DNA from: Rhynchobatus australiae
Taxonomy: Eukaryota
Direction: 5' to 3'
Assembly (NCBI GenBank): GCA_034780895.1
Contig: JAUZTB010000098.1
Location: forward strand, 74,056,990 to 74,120,989
Length of the DNA stretch: 64,000 nucleotides
The notes beneath the pieces are model-generated. The model was not told where the DNA came from. It searched no databases and worked only from the letters and a program-made list of their open reading frames with translations. Below, piece after piece: positions 24,480-38,480 of this stretch; the first letter of the stretch is position 1; each line of letters opens with the position of its first letter. The position numbers and the translations under genes are program-made.

Positions 24480-25850
24480 AGAGATTGAAAGGTGTCAGTG
24501 TTCAGAAGGACCTAAGTGTCCTGAAAGTTCACATGTAGTTTCAGAAGCAATCAGGAAGGCAAATGTTATCTTGGCCTTTATTGTAAAAGGGTTTGATACT
24601 AGAAATACAGATGGCTTCAATTATATAGTGCTCTGGTGAGACCATATCTAGTGTGTACAGATCTGATCTCCCACTTAAAGAAGGGTATACCTGTTAGAGA
24701 GGGTACAGCAAGGATTCACCAGATTGAATTCAGATTGAATTTCTAGGATGGTGAATTTGCAGTATGAGGAGGGATTCAGTAGACATGCCTCTTCTCTCTT
24801 GCATTTAGAAGAAAGGGGTGCTTTCATTGAAGTGTGCAAAATTCTCACAGGAATTAATAGGGTAGATGCAGAGTTGATGTTTCAGGTCAATGGTCACGGG
24901 CCTTAAAATAAGGGACTACCATTCAGGCAATGAGGATATGCAACAAGAGAAAATCCAGCTATCACCCCCTGACATTCAATGGCATTACCATCACAATATC
25001 CTGGGGCTACCATTGACCAGAAACTGAACTGGAGTAGCCATACACACAATGTGGCTACAAGAGGAGGTCTGAGGGTAGGAATCCTGCGGTGAGTAACTCC
25101 CTAAAACCTGCCCACCATCTATAAGTTTCGAGACAGGAGTGTGATTGAATGCTCTCCATTTGCCTGGATGAGTGCAGCTTCAACAGCACTTGTACAGGAC
25201 AAAGCAGCCCACTTGATAGGCACCCCATCTACCAATCATTCACTCATTCCACCGACTCTCAGTAGCAGCAGCTTGTGTCATCCACAGATGCACTGCAGCA
25301 GCTTGCCAAAATTCCTTTGGCTGCACCTTCCAAATCTACGGCCTCCACCAGCTAGAAGAGCCAAGGCAGCAAAACCATGGGAACACCAGCACCTGGAACT
25401 TGCGCTCCAAGCCACACACTATCTTGACTTGGAAATATATTGCCGTTCCTTCACTGTCACTGGGTCAAAATCCTGGAATTTTCTCCACGCCTCGAGGCCT
25501 GCAGCTATTCAAGAAGGCAGCTCAGCAGCACCTTCTCAGGCACTTGGGGATTGATAATTAAATGCTAGTTCAGCCTGTGAAGCTCACATCCATTAAAAGA
25601 ATTTTAAAAAATGAAAACCATTTCTTCACTTGGAAGGTAGTAAATCTTTGGAAAACTCTGCCCAACAGGGCTTTGGCGGTGCAGTTGATCAATATATTCA
25701 AGCTGGAGATTGATCAATTTTTAGATATAAAGGGATATGAAATTAGTACAGGAAAGTGTCAGCAAAATGAGAGATCTGCCTTGAACTTATTGAACGCTGG
25801 AAGATTCATGAGGGGTCAAATGACCTACTCTACTATTTATAATGTTTTGA
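24480..25850 (+). mobile_element. CR1 LINE 3' portion, interrupted at about 24930-25600
   Basis: GAAGGCAAATGTTATCTTGGCCTTTATT..CTGGTGAGACCATATCT; resumes as ORF 25562-25918 (NHFFTWKVVNLWKTLP..IFKLEIDQFLD). Confidence 0.8.
24930..25600 (+). mobile_element. CR1/L2-group LINE 3' end nested in CR1
   Basis: CTGGGGCTACCATTGACCAGAAACTGAACTGG..TGCCTGGATGAGTGCAGC..CAGGACAAAGCAGCCCACTTGAT; same family as 49.45-49.96 kb. Confidence 0.8.
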
Positions 25851-26429
25851 AATGTCACATACTCTGGGATATTCATTTTCTAGTTTTGATCACCTTGCAA
25901 CTGTTTTTGTTGTGGTGATTAGACCAACTCAATTTGTATCTAATTATGTCAATTTGCTTTGTGTGTTCAGATAAAGAATCTTGAAGTTTGATAGCAGCTG
26001 CATATCTGCTTTCAAATTGGGTTCTCTTCAGTAGATACAACCTAATTTGAGTGTAAATTGTTCTTCCACTACTATGAACTTCAAATTTCAACAGAATTTG
26101 CTGTGGTGCACAAGAGTTGTTATCTGGTTAAGTCAATTAACTTGACAATCTTGTGTGATTTATGCTTTTAAAATGGAAAGCAATTCAGTATGCAACAATG
26201 AACACAGTTGTCTACCTTGTGGAGTTTAGAGTAGATTAGACTTGAATGGCATCAATATAAACATCTTTCAAAACTTACTGGTATTTCATTTTAAACCATT
26301 TCTTTCAGTATTTGCAATATATAAAATACGTAAGTATTGAGAGTGTAGAGAGCAATATTGCTCCATCCTTTTAGTGGAGGGGAGAGAAACTGAAATTGCA
26401 GATCTTGGTTGAATGTTTGTTACTGTATG

Positions 26430-28600
26430 TAGAATGAACTAGTGTTATAGGAAAATGGCTAATGTTATTAGAGACAGTCATTGAGCAGTTGGGCAAATGT
26501 GAATGAATTGAAGGGGGCAGTCTCAGTTATGGCTTGTGATGTAGATGGATTATTTGAAGAATAAACTAATTGGGTAACAAGTGTCTTTTGGCATAATTTA
26601 TATGGACTTTTACAAGAGAGGAACTCAACAAATAAGGTAGCAGGTAGGTAGCAAAAAGTGAGCAGCAATCATGGATATGTTCTCTCATTTGGAAAGAAGT
26701 GACTAGGGATCTAAATTGGGCTCTAGGTTTTGAGTAGTTGCGGGAACATGGAGCTTTATATGTAAGTTGTGCCACCTGGCTTTGAAGTCGGTGACAAATT
26801 CAATGAAAACAGTAACTTGCAAAGGAACGTTGACAGATGAGACAGAGACAAATCTGAAGCGGTTTGATTTCAATGTGGGGAAAATTTGAGGTTGTGTGCC
26901 TTGGACATGAGAATAACATTTAAGTATTTTCTAAAGGATGAGGAGCCAGGATCACTAATGAACAAAGTTTTAGGAGGTCCAAGATAACAATATACTGTAG
27001 ATAAGGGCAGTTTTAAAACAAAATGAAACAGTTATTTGAGATGTTGGTGCTTATCCAAAGCATATTGGAATATGGAGGTGGGAATTACTTAGTAACCACA
27101 TAGGTTGGTGCCATCAGTNNNNNNNNNNNNNNNNNNNNNNNNNNNNNNNNNNNNNNNNNNNNNNNNNNNNNNNNNNNNNNNNNNNNNNNNNNNNNNNNNN
27201 NNNNNNNNNNNNNNNNNNGGTGCCATCAGTGTTGACTTGCTGGAGTAATATTGGATAAAATGAGTTCATTTATGAAGCTAGATTATAATAGCCCGGGCTT
27301 GTATTCCCTTGATGTAGAAGATGAAGGGATGATTTGATTGAAATGTTAAAGGTGATTAAAGATTTGGTCAGGTAGATGAAAAGAAATCATCAGTCCTGTG
27401 GGGGGAGTACAGAACAAGGGACATTGGCTTAATGAAAATGTTAAGGTTTTCAGGGATAATGCCAAGAAGCATTTTTTCAATTGCTCACATAATGTGACTG
27501 GATATATCGGAGATTACAAGGCTTGACAGTTTTTGCATTGTTAGTTTTTTATATGCTTGACCAAAAAGAGTACTTCTAAATGAAGTGAATCATAGAATTA
27601 CATTTCTTAAGCACAGGCTATTTGCCCAAATGAGCACTGCTGAATTTATTTTTCGTATGAATCACCTTATTTCTCACTTCTGTTTTTCCTCATACTCTAC
27701 ATCTTCCCTAAATCCTTCAATCTGTTTATCTCAGCCATGCTATGTGGTAGCTAACTTGCATTCTCATCACTTAAAAGCAGTTGGTATTCTGAGGTGTCTT
27801 TGTACATGAATCACTGAAAGTTAAGATATGGGTAAACAAACAGTTAAGAAGCCAAATAGTGTGTTGGCTTTCATTGCAAAAGGAGTTGAATACAAGAGTA
27901 CATGTGCATTGCTACTATTTTAGTAGCAATATGTGGAGGGACATACTTTGATAAAGATCATGCAGTGAAGACTCATCAGATCAATTCCTAGGATGGTGGA
28001 GCGATTAAGCAGACTGGACCTGGTCATTCATGAGTTTAGAAGAATGAGTGGTCATTTTATGGAAATGTTCAAACTTGACACAGGGCTTTATAGCATAGAA
28101 TGAGAATTGAAAATCAAAAAAAATTGGGAGCTGAAAATCTGAAACAAAAAAAAACAAATTGTTGAAAACACTCAAGTCATGCAGCATTTGTGAAAAGAGA
28201 GTTAAAGTTTTGGGTTGAAGATCCTTTATCAGAACTGGGAAAAGGAGAAAAATGAGTTGGTTTTAAGTTGCAGAGAAAGGGGGGCAGAATTGATGTTTCT
28301 TCTGGCTGAGGTCTGTCTAGAATGAAGAGGGTTATAGTTTTAATACAGAGGGTTGGCTGTTGAGATGAAAAGAAATTTTTTGCCCACAGGGTAGTGAGTT
28401 TTTGGAATTCTCATCCCAAGAGGGCTGTGGAGACTCACTTGGTGAGTACATTTAAGAAAGAGATCAATATATTCTTGTATATTAAGGGAATCAAAGATCA
28501 GTGCAGGAAAGTGGTGCTGGGGTAAAAGATCAACCATGATCTCACTTAATGAAGCAGTAGGCACAAGAAGCTGAATGTTGTGTACCTGCTTCTATTTCTT
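26430..28600 (+). mobile_element. Decayed CR1 LINE fragments (RT to 3' end; at least two pieces)
   Basis: ATTTATATGGACTTTTACAAG (IYMDF-like), AAGAAGCCAAATAGTGTGTTGGCTTTCATTGCAAAAGG, TTTAAGAAAGAGATCAATATATTCTTG, and a 3' tail CCTGCTTCTATTTCTTAT. Confidence 0.7.
28110..28290 (-). mobile_element. Penelope-end repeat inserted in CR1
   Basis: AAATTGTTGAAAACACTCAAGTCATGCAGCATTTGTG..ATCCTTTATCAGAACTGGGAAA. Confidence 0.65.
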
Positions 28601-29840
28601 ATTTGCTTTGAGTAAAACATGTATTTCTTCCATTCCATTTTGGGTTTATTCGTGGCTATCTTGCGTTTATGACTTTTGATTTTAGATTCCAAAATTTGTC
28701 AATATCCCACTGACATCTTCAGCAGATGCCCTCATAAGATCATACGTTCCAAAGCAAGAAAAGACTTTGCATTTCTGCAGTGCTTTTCCAAAATATAAGT
28801 TAATCAGGGAGAGAATTAAATCTTGGCCAGAATACCAGGGAAATTTCATTTCTGTACATTTCTTCTGAAATTTAAAGTGCAGCATGTAATCATTACTGAA
28901 CAGAAGTCACTACAGAACACAATGTCACTTGTGCAAAATGTAAAGTGAACAGTAGAAATCTCAAATTTGGCAAAGTCAGCAGAGAAATCTAGTGCAGAAT
29001 GGGAAGATGTGTCTCTCTCTATGTTGTAGTGGAAAGGTAAAAGGTTTAAAACGACACTGATTGTTCCACCAGGGTAACAAATTAATAATCATAATTATTA
29101 GCCTTACCAATATCATGTGCAATTGTAGCAATACTTTCCTATTGAGAAGCAACTCCTTTGGGGAGTTTTGACGAGTCCCTTCCATGTGGCATTTAGTTTG
29201 GGTGGAAGTTATGGACAGCAAAGTGAGTCCACTTTACTATCTACTGCATCCATATCACTACTCGGCATGCACCAACCCTTGATGAATAAAGCTGTAGAGT
29301 AGATCAAATTTATTTGAGGTGTTGGCACAAACCATCTCCTGTAGTGAACTTGATTGTCTTTCAGTTTTTGGAATGAGAGAAGAGGGAAATAACACTTCTG
29401 GAATGTAGTTGTTTTTGGGAGAGGGAGAAATACATTTTACGTCCACCATAGCTACTGTGGAAAATATTTGTGACCTTTACGATTGGACCACTTTTGAATT
29501 GGTTATTCTTGTTACCGAGTGTCCATTGTACCCATTTCTATTTTAGGTTTGCAGATTGTTGGGAAGAACAAATACTTTTGTAATGACAAGTATGGCAAAC
29601 CTTGAATTAGACTTAGTGGTTGGGTAATACCTTCTAATTTGATTTCCATGAACTTTAGATCCTCTTGATAGTAGAAGCTGAGATCCCAGAGATATCTTTT
29701 GAGCACTTAGATATTCATCATTTCACTATCTGCAGTGCATGCATATGTGAAGGTCAAACCAGATTGAAAGTTACTGCAAATTGCTCATTGCTAACAAATG
29801 GGCATTTTTCTTTGATTGTGGAATGACATTTTATTAGAAA

Positions 29841-31716
29841 CTAGCTGCTATACCTGCCATTGCTCTGGTTATTATGCTGCCAATCATGATTGCATTTATT
29901 TCCATGCAATCAAATTTTATAACACTTTTTTGTAAATAATGTCTATATATATTTAACAAATAATGTAATTAGAGGGTTAAAATCATGTAGTTTAACTAAA
30001 GTTGCCAATAAAATATAATGAAAATATGTATACAAAGATTATGTTTAATATAGTTATTTTTAGGTCTGTACCTTTTGCGCAATGTGTAAATTTTCTTGAT
30101 TTCAATATTGAAATGCCTCAGAATACACTTTTTGAATCCACTGTAAAATGTATAGATTATTTTTATCTCCAACTATGAAGCCACTTGCAATAGCTGACCA
30201 TGGGAAAAGAATTGAATTTCAAGATTAAGGCTAACAACTTCTGGTAATTATCCTTGTGCCTTGTTAATGCTCATTATAAAACTAAATTAATAGGCAACTG
30301 AAGTTGCTTAAATTGAAAAAGTAGATCAGATAGGATAATTGGTATCCTAGGGATAAGGACACTTTTGCCAACACCATTACCAGTCACTACTGTGGCCTCA
30401 ATTATATGTGGCAGTAATTTTTAAACTGATAATCTTGTGCCGTTGCATAGTATTGGTGGATCCAAATTTCTGAGTAGCATGATTAGTTCAAGGTTATTGT
30501 GATGGCACACCGGGTGGTGACAGTTTAAAAATTCAACAGGAAAATGTACAGCCTGATCAATGTCTGTCACACTGTCAATAGATCTATATTGCACAGGTTG
30601 TCTAGGCAGCTTCAGAAGGTTGTTATCCATGGCCTGCTCTGCATCATTTATTGGTGCTAAAATTGCTCTTTCATGCAACCTGTGGTGATGCACATACATT
30701 TGGGAAAACAGCTGGCATCAGATCATGAAATGATGTAACAATTCGGCCCAAGTTTTGCATCAAAGTCATTCCTATTTAGTATTTCTGTTAAATTTCCCTC
30801 TTTCCTAATTTGAGTAAGTTCAAAACAAACTCTTTCATAGATGGATTGCCTGTCTTGCATGTTAGTTGTCAAGTGATTGTTTAACATTTTCCTAAATATA
30901 AGATGCTTTAATATAGACTTTTGAAGTCATCTGCTTTAGTACCTTGTCATAGTGTTTGTCACAATTCTCCAGCTAAAGTAACACCTCCAATTAATTGATT
31001 ATTGTATCAAAGATCTTGCAACATTCAATCCAATGCTTCATTGCCTGCTTTGTTAGCCATTGTACATTCATTCCAGAGAATAACTTTACAATCTTTTAGA
31101 ATATTTTCCTTTGCAGTTCCCTGACCAATATTACACATTAGTGTCTCCACATTTATAAGGGAGTTTAAAAGCCATATGTGCAGTTTTGTCAAAAGTGAAG
31201 TAATGCCTTATGCCATGGCCAGGGCAGTCATGTTTTGTTTTCAAAGTTGAGCCAAAAGTAGGTTAATAAGGAAAGATTTTCCCATTCTACCAGAAGCATC
31301 CAAAAAATATCATTCATTGTAAGCAGCATCTGTAATAACATTTCTTTAGTATCTCACTAAACTTGGTTCATTCTTGTTTATATTTATCTAACTGGTTTAA
31401 ATTGTAGCTGTTCTCCTGCAGAAACTCGGTGCACCTTTTCAGTTTCTCTTTCTGGTTCAGGTAGACCAAAACTATTTGGGTCAGGCCCACCCAAATATTT
31501 AGTACCTCAAAAATAGATCCGAAAACAAAAATCTCATCAATTTTCCATGGGGAAAATCAAAATTCAGTCCCCTTTTGGGCTATGGAGGTTTTAGAAAAAC
31601 TAAGTGTTGTGCATATCCTTACACTAAATATACATGCAGACTTTCAGATTTTCAGATTGTTTCATTATTGAGCTATGCATGGAACACAAAGCTTTCTAAT
31701 TTATTATATCTTTAGA
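29841..31716 (-). mobile_element. Helitron (rolling-circle transposon), internally deleted, both termini present
   Basis: The - strand starts A|TCTAAAGATATAATAA at 31716 and ends ..ACCAGAGCAATGGCAGGTATAGCAGCTAG|T at 29841. It shows TC..CTAG ends, an AT target, no TSD, a decayed subterminal hairpin and an internal PIF1 helicase remnant. Confidence 0.85.
30150..31320 (-). pseudogene. PIF1-family (SF1B) helicase domain of Helitron RepHel, decayed
   Basis: IFLDASGRMGKSFLINLLLA (Walker A); TAHMAFKLP; CKVILWNECTMANKAGNEALD (Walker B); ERAILAPIND..SIDSVTD..HFPVEFLN..IMLLRNLDPPILCNGTRL (ORF 30421-30699); LIPRIPII; FSHGQL. Confidence 0.92.
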
Positions 31717-32879
31717 TTAGGCGGCAAATATTGGATGTTGTGTGATGGCAAGACCCTTTGGATTTATTGTCAGTCTTTTAATACTGAATTAGTATTTCTA
31801 GTAACATAAGCTAGGGTGGTATGATGGTGCAAATTTATGAAATAAGTAGACAGATGCTGACCACTGAGCTGCAGTAACAATGCAAATGGAAAGCATCTTG
31901 ATTAAGAGAATGAGGACAGACAAAGCTGTGGTGCAGATTTTGTTGAATACTAAATACCCATAGCCTTTTGAATTTAGACCTGGGAGTTAATGGTTGGTTT
32001 AGATGTTGATTAAGATGTTAAATTTGGGATTCTCGAATGATACCATGTAGTCTCAAAGTGTCACGTTTCAAGAAAGATCGATGCTAATCAGAGATGTCAG
32101 AATTGCAAATGAATGACATACAAATGGTGAAAAGTGAAATAAAGTAGATTATTTATGTAACTAAAAGCAAGGTGAGAAAATTGTGGAAAAAGATCACATT
32201 CAGTGAGTGATTAAAAACAATATTACGTATATTCAAAGTTGGGGAGCATTTCTGGAGAATTAATGTTTTGGGTTGATGAGTGAGGTCTTAAGCTGAAATG
32301 TTGACTTTTTTTATAGGGTTGCCTAATTTGCTAACTTCTTCCAGCATTTTCTGTTTTTTCTTCAGATTTCCAGCTTTTGTAGTATTTTGCTTTTGATCAT
32401 TATGCATATTCTCTGAAACATTGGAGTGAATTTGTGTGAATGGAGTAGGCAGCTGAGGAACTATCAAACAGGTTTCCATGTGATCATTTACTGTCTCCTA
32501 CAAAAAATGTCAATGATTCAGAGAACATTGAGGTCAGTAATAAGATGAAGGGGGGAAAAGTAATGGGGGAGAAAACTTCAAAAAAAACAAGCAAAAATGA
32601 AACAAGGGAAATGCCTCTTAAAAGTATTTTATAATCCATTGTATCAGTTAACCCACATGTTAATTTTTAGAACAGTGTGCATTTATGACTCATTGTGGGG
32701 GAAGGAGTATTGTTTCAGTAAAGTGAAATGACAGTACAGAGATTAAAAGGAGAAGTTAAAGCATATGGGGAGGGAGGTGTAGCAGCAATATTTAAATTGG
32801 TCATGGTTCTGTATGCATCTGATAGAGATTACACCATAAACTTGCTGTTTCTAGACAGTGCACATTATGTTCAGACTTG

Positions 32880-33200
32880 TGTATACAAGAAGGTCCGTTC
32901 AGGTCTGAGGGAACACTGTTGGAGGTTGTGTCGTTTCAGTCATTAAACCAAATCTGTTCACCTGCATGGTGTAAAATATTCCATGGGGCTACTTTGAAGA
33001 AGAATAAGGAATTATGCCTGATGCCTTGGTCAATGTTTCTCTTGACCAAAAAAGATTATCTGATAGTAATCTCATTGCTGTTTGTTGGAGTTTGCTATGT
33101 GCAAATTTGTTGCTATATTTCCTCCATTTCAGCAGTGAGTGCACTTGAAATATTTAATTGCATGCAAAGTAGGGTCATAAAAAAACTCTAAATATAAAGG
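32880..33200 (+). mobile_element. Deu-domain SINE, decayed
   Basis: CTGAGGGAACACTGTTGGAGG..GTAAAATATTCCATGG..TTTGAAGAAGA..ATCTCATTGCTGTTTGTTGGAGTTTGCTATGTGCAAATT. Confidence 0.65.
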
Positions 33201-34779
33201 ATGCCCTTCCTTTAATTGAAAAAATGCTTTTGATGCACCTTTAGTTTGAGAACCCTTGTAGTTTAATGTCTGTCAGCATGTTTGTTTGAAATTGCTATTT
33301 CAGCACAGTTGGTGATATGAGGATCTCATTTGCACGTTGTCATACTTGAAACCTCTCATTGTCAACCAGCTTTCAGTATTCAGTTCAGGTCAGTGTTACT
33401 GAGTGTTTCTGGTGCCTTTTTTTTTAAATCAATTTAATGACTTTAAAATATAATTGATAAGAGAAATTATATTGTAGTTATGCCAAAAAATGCTAGAAAA
33501 GAATGCTGTCATTTTTCATTCTTGACTCTAGTATTTTGCTGTTTGAGGCTTTTTGGGATAAAACTTCATCTTTTGTCTTTTTGACAAAATTGTGTCAAGA
33601 AACCTAGTGATATATGTGCAGGTTGGGTGCAGTGACCTCCAAAGTAACATAGAGAATTGTCTGTTACTGGGATTGTAGGCTTGGCTCATAGCTCTGCCTG
33701 GTTGCTAAAAATAATGTAGAATTTCAAGCTATTGTTCTACGTAGCTTTGCTTAAAAAAATAAGTCAAAAATCTATTTAAGTTGAAACCAGTGCATTTTCT
33801 GATGGGAATGCTGGGAGAGAAGTGGACAGAACAATCCTATGCCTTTTGTATTTTTGGAATGAGTTCTGATGGTTTTTTAATGAACTTGTGTAACCCAAAC
33901 AATCTCTATTTTCCAATAGTAACAGCAGGAATACAGACAAATAATGGGCACTCAAGAATTACTATTACAAAACTTAGTAAAAGGTTTGCGAACCTTTTAA
34001 AAATCAGAAGTTTAGGCACTGTTCCCAGCTCTGAAATACCATAAAGGAGTTCCTGAAATTCAAGGTCATTTAAGATTTATAACTGCTGCACTGCCAATTG
34101 CCATGTGGAATAAGTAGTAATCACAGCAAGGAACTGTAGTTTATTAAGTTGATTTTTTTTTAATGTGCGCGTGCACACACACACACGCACACACACTCGT
34201 ACCTGTGAGGAAACCACTCATACGGCTATATTTGTACTTTATAAATAGTTTATACATGCCTTTTTCCATGAATTGGCACATAATACTGAAATCACTTTGA
34301 TTCATTCTGTTTGGGACGTGTCCATGATGCTTGCTCAGTGGGATCAGTGAAATAAATGCTACAAGCTTTCATTGGATCCATGCACAGACTGTAGTCTGTG
34401 AGAAGCTAACCATGATTTCATGAAAATGTTAGTATGATTAGCTAAAGATCTCTTGTGCTTTGAGTAACATTTGACAAATTTAGTATATATTTTTGACTAA
34501 TATCAAACCAAGGATGTTTTACGTAGGTGAAAGCATTTTACAAGTACAAGTAGGCTTGCAAGTTGTTTAATTTTAATGATTTCAGCATCTAGCCAATACT
34601 AACTGCACTATTGATTGGGCATATTTGTTACCATGGGTACCACCAGTTAGAGCTAACCTGCACTTCTTAAAACTAATCTGCACCTCTTAAGTGAAAGGTG
34701 CATTTTGGTGGGAGTATTTGGTAGACTTACAAGAAGTTAGTATGACTTGCGAAATGGTGAAGAATGACAGAACGTGGAA

Positions 34780-35340
34780 TTGATGCAAGCTCATAGGTTT
34801 TTGAACAATACTTTGGAAGCCTTGATTTTGATGCAAAATGAATGAAATTGCTTAAATGGCCTCCAACTATACTCCTAGAAAGCAGAGGAGCAAAGGAAGA
34901 GATGGCTGTGGATGCAAAACTTGCAAGGAATGTTTAAGATCTGTGAATGTCATCACCTACCAGATGCATTGCTGACCTCTGGCATTATTAATTCACCACA
35001 ACCCCATTATCCACTGACTAACAATCTTCTTCAGTTACAACTCGTACCTATATTCAGATGCATCACTTCAACCTCGCGCACCTTGCAGCTTTTGTAAGTC
35101 TTGTCCGCATGTTGTAGCTTGTACATGCTGCCGGATATTCAACTGTGACAGCCACATTACCTAGACACATTCACGACCCTACTTGCTTCTGTCTTGTGAT
35201 ACAAGATGGTCCACAATCAGAAGCAGGAGGAACAAACAAGAGGAAGCTGGGTGCCCATGCATATTTGAACCTCAAGCGGAAGGTGCTGACCATTTTTGGC
35301 TGTAGAGTTGAAACACTGAAGATGAGGAATCCTCATATCT
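34780..35340 (+). pseudogene. Possible Harbinger Myb/SANT ORF2 fossil
   Basis: ATGGTCCACAATCAGAAGCAGGAGGAACAAACAAGAGGA (MVHNQKQEEQTRG) resembles the second-exon start of such ORFs; very decayed. Confidence 0.35.
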
Positions 35341-38229
35341 AATTCTCCTTATCAGATCCCACTCCTAGTAATGGATGTGTCTTATTGTTTTCGGATGTAG
35401 CCACCAACCAGGAAGTTGACGTTAATTTGGAGCACAGATTATTGGTTTATTATTGTCACGTACCAAGGTACAGTGGAAAAACTTGTCTTGCATATCATTC
35501 ATTGACTGAGTCGGAGGGAGACTAGCATCAGCTTTGCATGGAGCTTTATACAGAGTTTGGAGACTGACCACCACTTATATGCTGGAAACAACGCCCATTT
35601 ATTTCAGTTATGGGGCTACGGAACAACTGTTGGCCAATGCCACAATTACATAGCCATGGATATAATGTGTAAAAGGGGTAGCAGAGTATCACAATAGTCC
35701 AACAATCTGTTCTCAGCACATTACCAGGATAGCTGAAGCTTTGTCCTGGGGAATTGGCAGTAGCTGAATGGAACACAAACCTGCTGTTGTCTCTCAGGAA
35801 GATAGTATTCTTTGGAGACAAAAGAATGCAAATGCTGGAATTTAGGCTTCAGAAAACTGCTGGAGGAACTCGGCAGTTCATCCACGGAGGGAAATGGACA
35901 GTTGGCATTTTGGGCTGAGACCCTTTCTCCAGCAGTTTGGTTTTTTTGGACTCTATAGTGTTCATTACCTCTGATTCTTACCATTCCAACAGTATTCTTG
36001 CTCATTCCCTTTCAGCTGAGTAAGATCATTGCTATGGATATAGCTTCTCGGGATAGAGGTGGTTGAAATCTTGAAGGCCACCTGGAGACTTATGCATAAA
36101 GTCAAAAGCCTTCTTCCAGCTCCTGGGGTATTTTAGGAGTACAGAGGCAAAGGGGACAAGGTGATTTGTTAGCTGTTTTATGCATAGGACCACATCTCTT
36201 TTGTAAACTTGGTTTGGAATGTTTATTTTGTTTTTTTTGCATTGTTGCCAAATTGAACCATGAGCTCGGCAATAAAGGGGAGGCATGGTATGAAATTGTT
36301 GATTACTGGCAAAGCACTGATGTGTTCTTCGCAGTTGAGCAGAAAAGGGAAGTCTTGGTTTCCTCTTCCTTACCTCTGCTTTGTTTCCCTGAATGCTCAG
36401 TGTATAATTGATAGCAAGGGCTAACCTCTCTTGATAGTATGGTTAAGAGGCACATAACAAATCAGCCCAATCTCGGCACCCATTACCTCCATCAAACTTG
36501 TTTAGGAATCCTACTAATGTACCCACATCTGGGATCACCTGGGTTTATGGAGAAGGATTTTGTTAGTACATTATTCCTCAGCATCTTTTGCACTTATTAG
36601 CTTGGTATTTAAACCTGTAGAAAGCAACAAATACTCATAGAATTGCAGAAACAATGGGAAGAACTCAAATACCAGCTAACATGCAAGGAATGATCCCTTC
36701 AAGTAGCTTTGTGTGTCCTTCCTACTCCTGAGCATGCATTCAGCTATGTGAGGTTAAGAGGGCAGAAACTAGTACACTGATTTTTGATTTAGCAAGTTTT
36801 GCAGAGGATTGACATTACTACACAGATTGATGTCATTATTTTCTTCCACTATATAAATGTGCAATTCTTCAGAGGTGGGCATGGAGAAGGTCCTTGAAGA
36901 ATAACTATGGATGTAATTGATAGGAATTTCATGGCTAAGGGCCTGGCTGGCTAATGGCACAATCAAACATATGTGGAAACCCTTTGGCAATACAGTGCCA
37001 ACTTCATTTTCATGCAGATGTGTGCTTGTGTTGCCGACGCTGTCTTCAAGCTCTTCAGGTGCTTGCGGCACTCAAATAAAATGGACATTAACAATCATTT
37101 TTAAAATATACAGCAACTTGGAGAATGATGCACTGGAAATAAATTTGGGCAGTTGTCTTTGCATCTTTAACTTTTTCAGTGGCTGACTTTTTTTAATTTA
37201 ATGTTGAATTGATAAAGTGTGAGCACTGATTTACCTTTGGAGCTGAAAGCTGTTATTTGAAGCAAATGGCCATTTAATTGCAGATGAAAAGCACGCTACC
37301 CACAACATAAGCATATCAGCTTTAATGCAATGCCTTTTTATAAGGCTACAATTTTTGGCTTCCTTCCAGCTTGTGGTGTATTACAGGCTATCTACCAGAA
37401 CACATTCTTTAATAAAACAGAAGGTATGGCTGTCCACACCTGCGCTGTAATAGGAATGGAATGAATAGTGAGATTATTTTGCTGACTCCAGTGTCATTGG
37501 CTGTTTAAAAATATGAGAGTACTATGAAAGGATTGCTCCTCAGAGGGGTGTTGTCAGGTCAACACGTGGACATTTTTTAGGAAGATTTTCTTGTCACATG
37601 TTAGTGTGAAAACATCACTCAGTAGTTGTAGGTAGGAAAAGTATGCTGTGGCAAATGCTAGAGTATAATTTATCTTTGCCTTTTTTTAAGCGAAGTGCAG
37701 TTAATTCAGTTAGTGCATAGACTTTTTAAAATCATTTCCTCTCTTGCAATTTGTCATGTAGTCTTTTCAATGCATGTATTGGTTCCTTCTATTGTATTTG
37801 CATTTCTCTCTCTAACCTCCTGTAATCTTCGTTCCCTTTGTCTTCATCACATCACAAGTGATTATTCTTTTACTCTACTAGGCCATAAGCTCTGAAATCC
37901 CTTTTCAAAATCTCTTCATCCTCCTTTTGAGACCCTTCTTTAAGCATAGCTCTTTGTGCAATGAAAATCAAGAAAAAAGAACTGCAGATACTGGAAATAT
38001 GGAAAAAAGGAAAAAAATTGCTGGGAAAACTCAGCAGGTCAGGTAGCATCTATAGAAATGGTCAACATTTACAGTCTGATGTACAAGTTTTTAATCAGTC
38101 CATCCTTTTGGCCCAGGGTAAAGTTTTGCCTGCTGTCTGTAGAGTGCATTGAGACATTTTCCAATATTTAAGGTGATGCGTGGGGTATTCTATTGTTGAA
38201 TTATGTACAAAAAACCCTGAAATATTAGT

Positions 38230-38480
38230 TAAGAACTAAAAATGTTGGAAATAAGCAGTTTAGATAGCATCTGTGGATAGAGAAATGTAAAGTCAACATT
38301 TTTGCTTAATGACCTTTCATCAGAATTGGGTAGATTGGAAGTCAATAGGTTTTAATAGGTGGAGAAAGTGTGGAGTGGGAGGAGTGTGGGATAGTAGGAA
38401 AACTGATAGGGTGGAAGGCAAGAGAGATGAAGTGATAAATGGACTAATATTCCAAGGTAATTGCCTGAAGGAAAGGTAAA
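38230..38480 (-). mobile_element. Penelope 3' end remnant
   Basis: AAATGTTGGAAATAAGCAG..GCATCTGTGGATAGAGAAA..GACCTTTCATCAGAA; the - strand reads CTGATGAAAGGTC. Confidence 0.65.

Noticed and set aside
30421-30699. Cellular PIF1 gene
   Set aside because: Intronless, full of stops and frameshifts, and bounded by Helitron termini.
36030-36300. Second Harbinger transposase remnant (- strand, VLCIKQLTN)
   Set aside because: The resemblance is too short and weak to call without a profile search.
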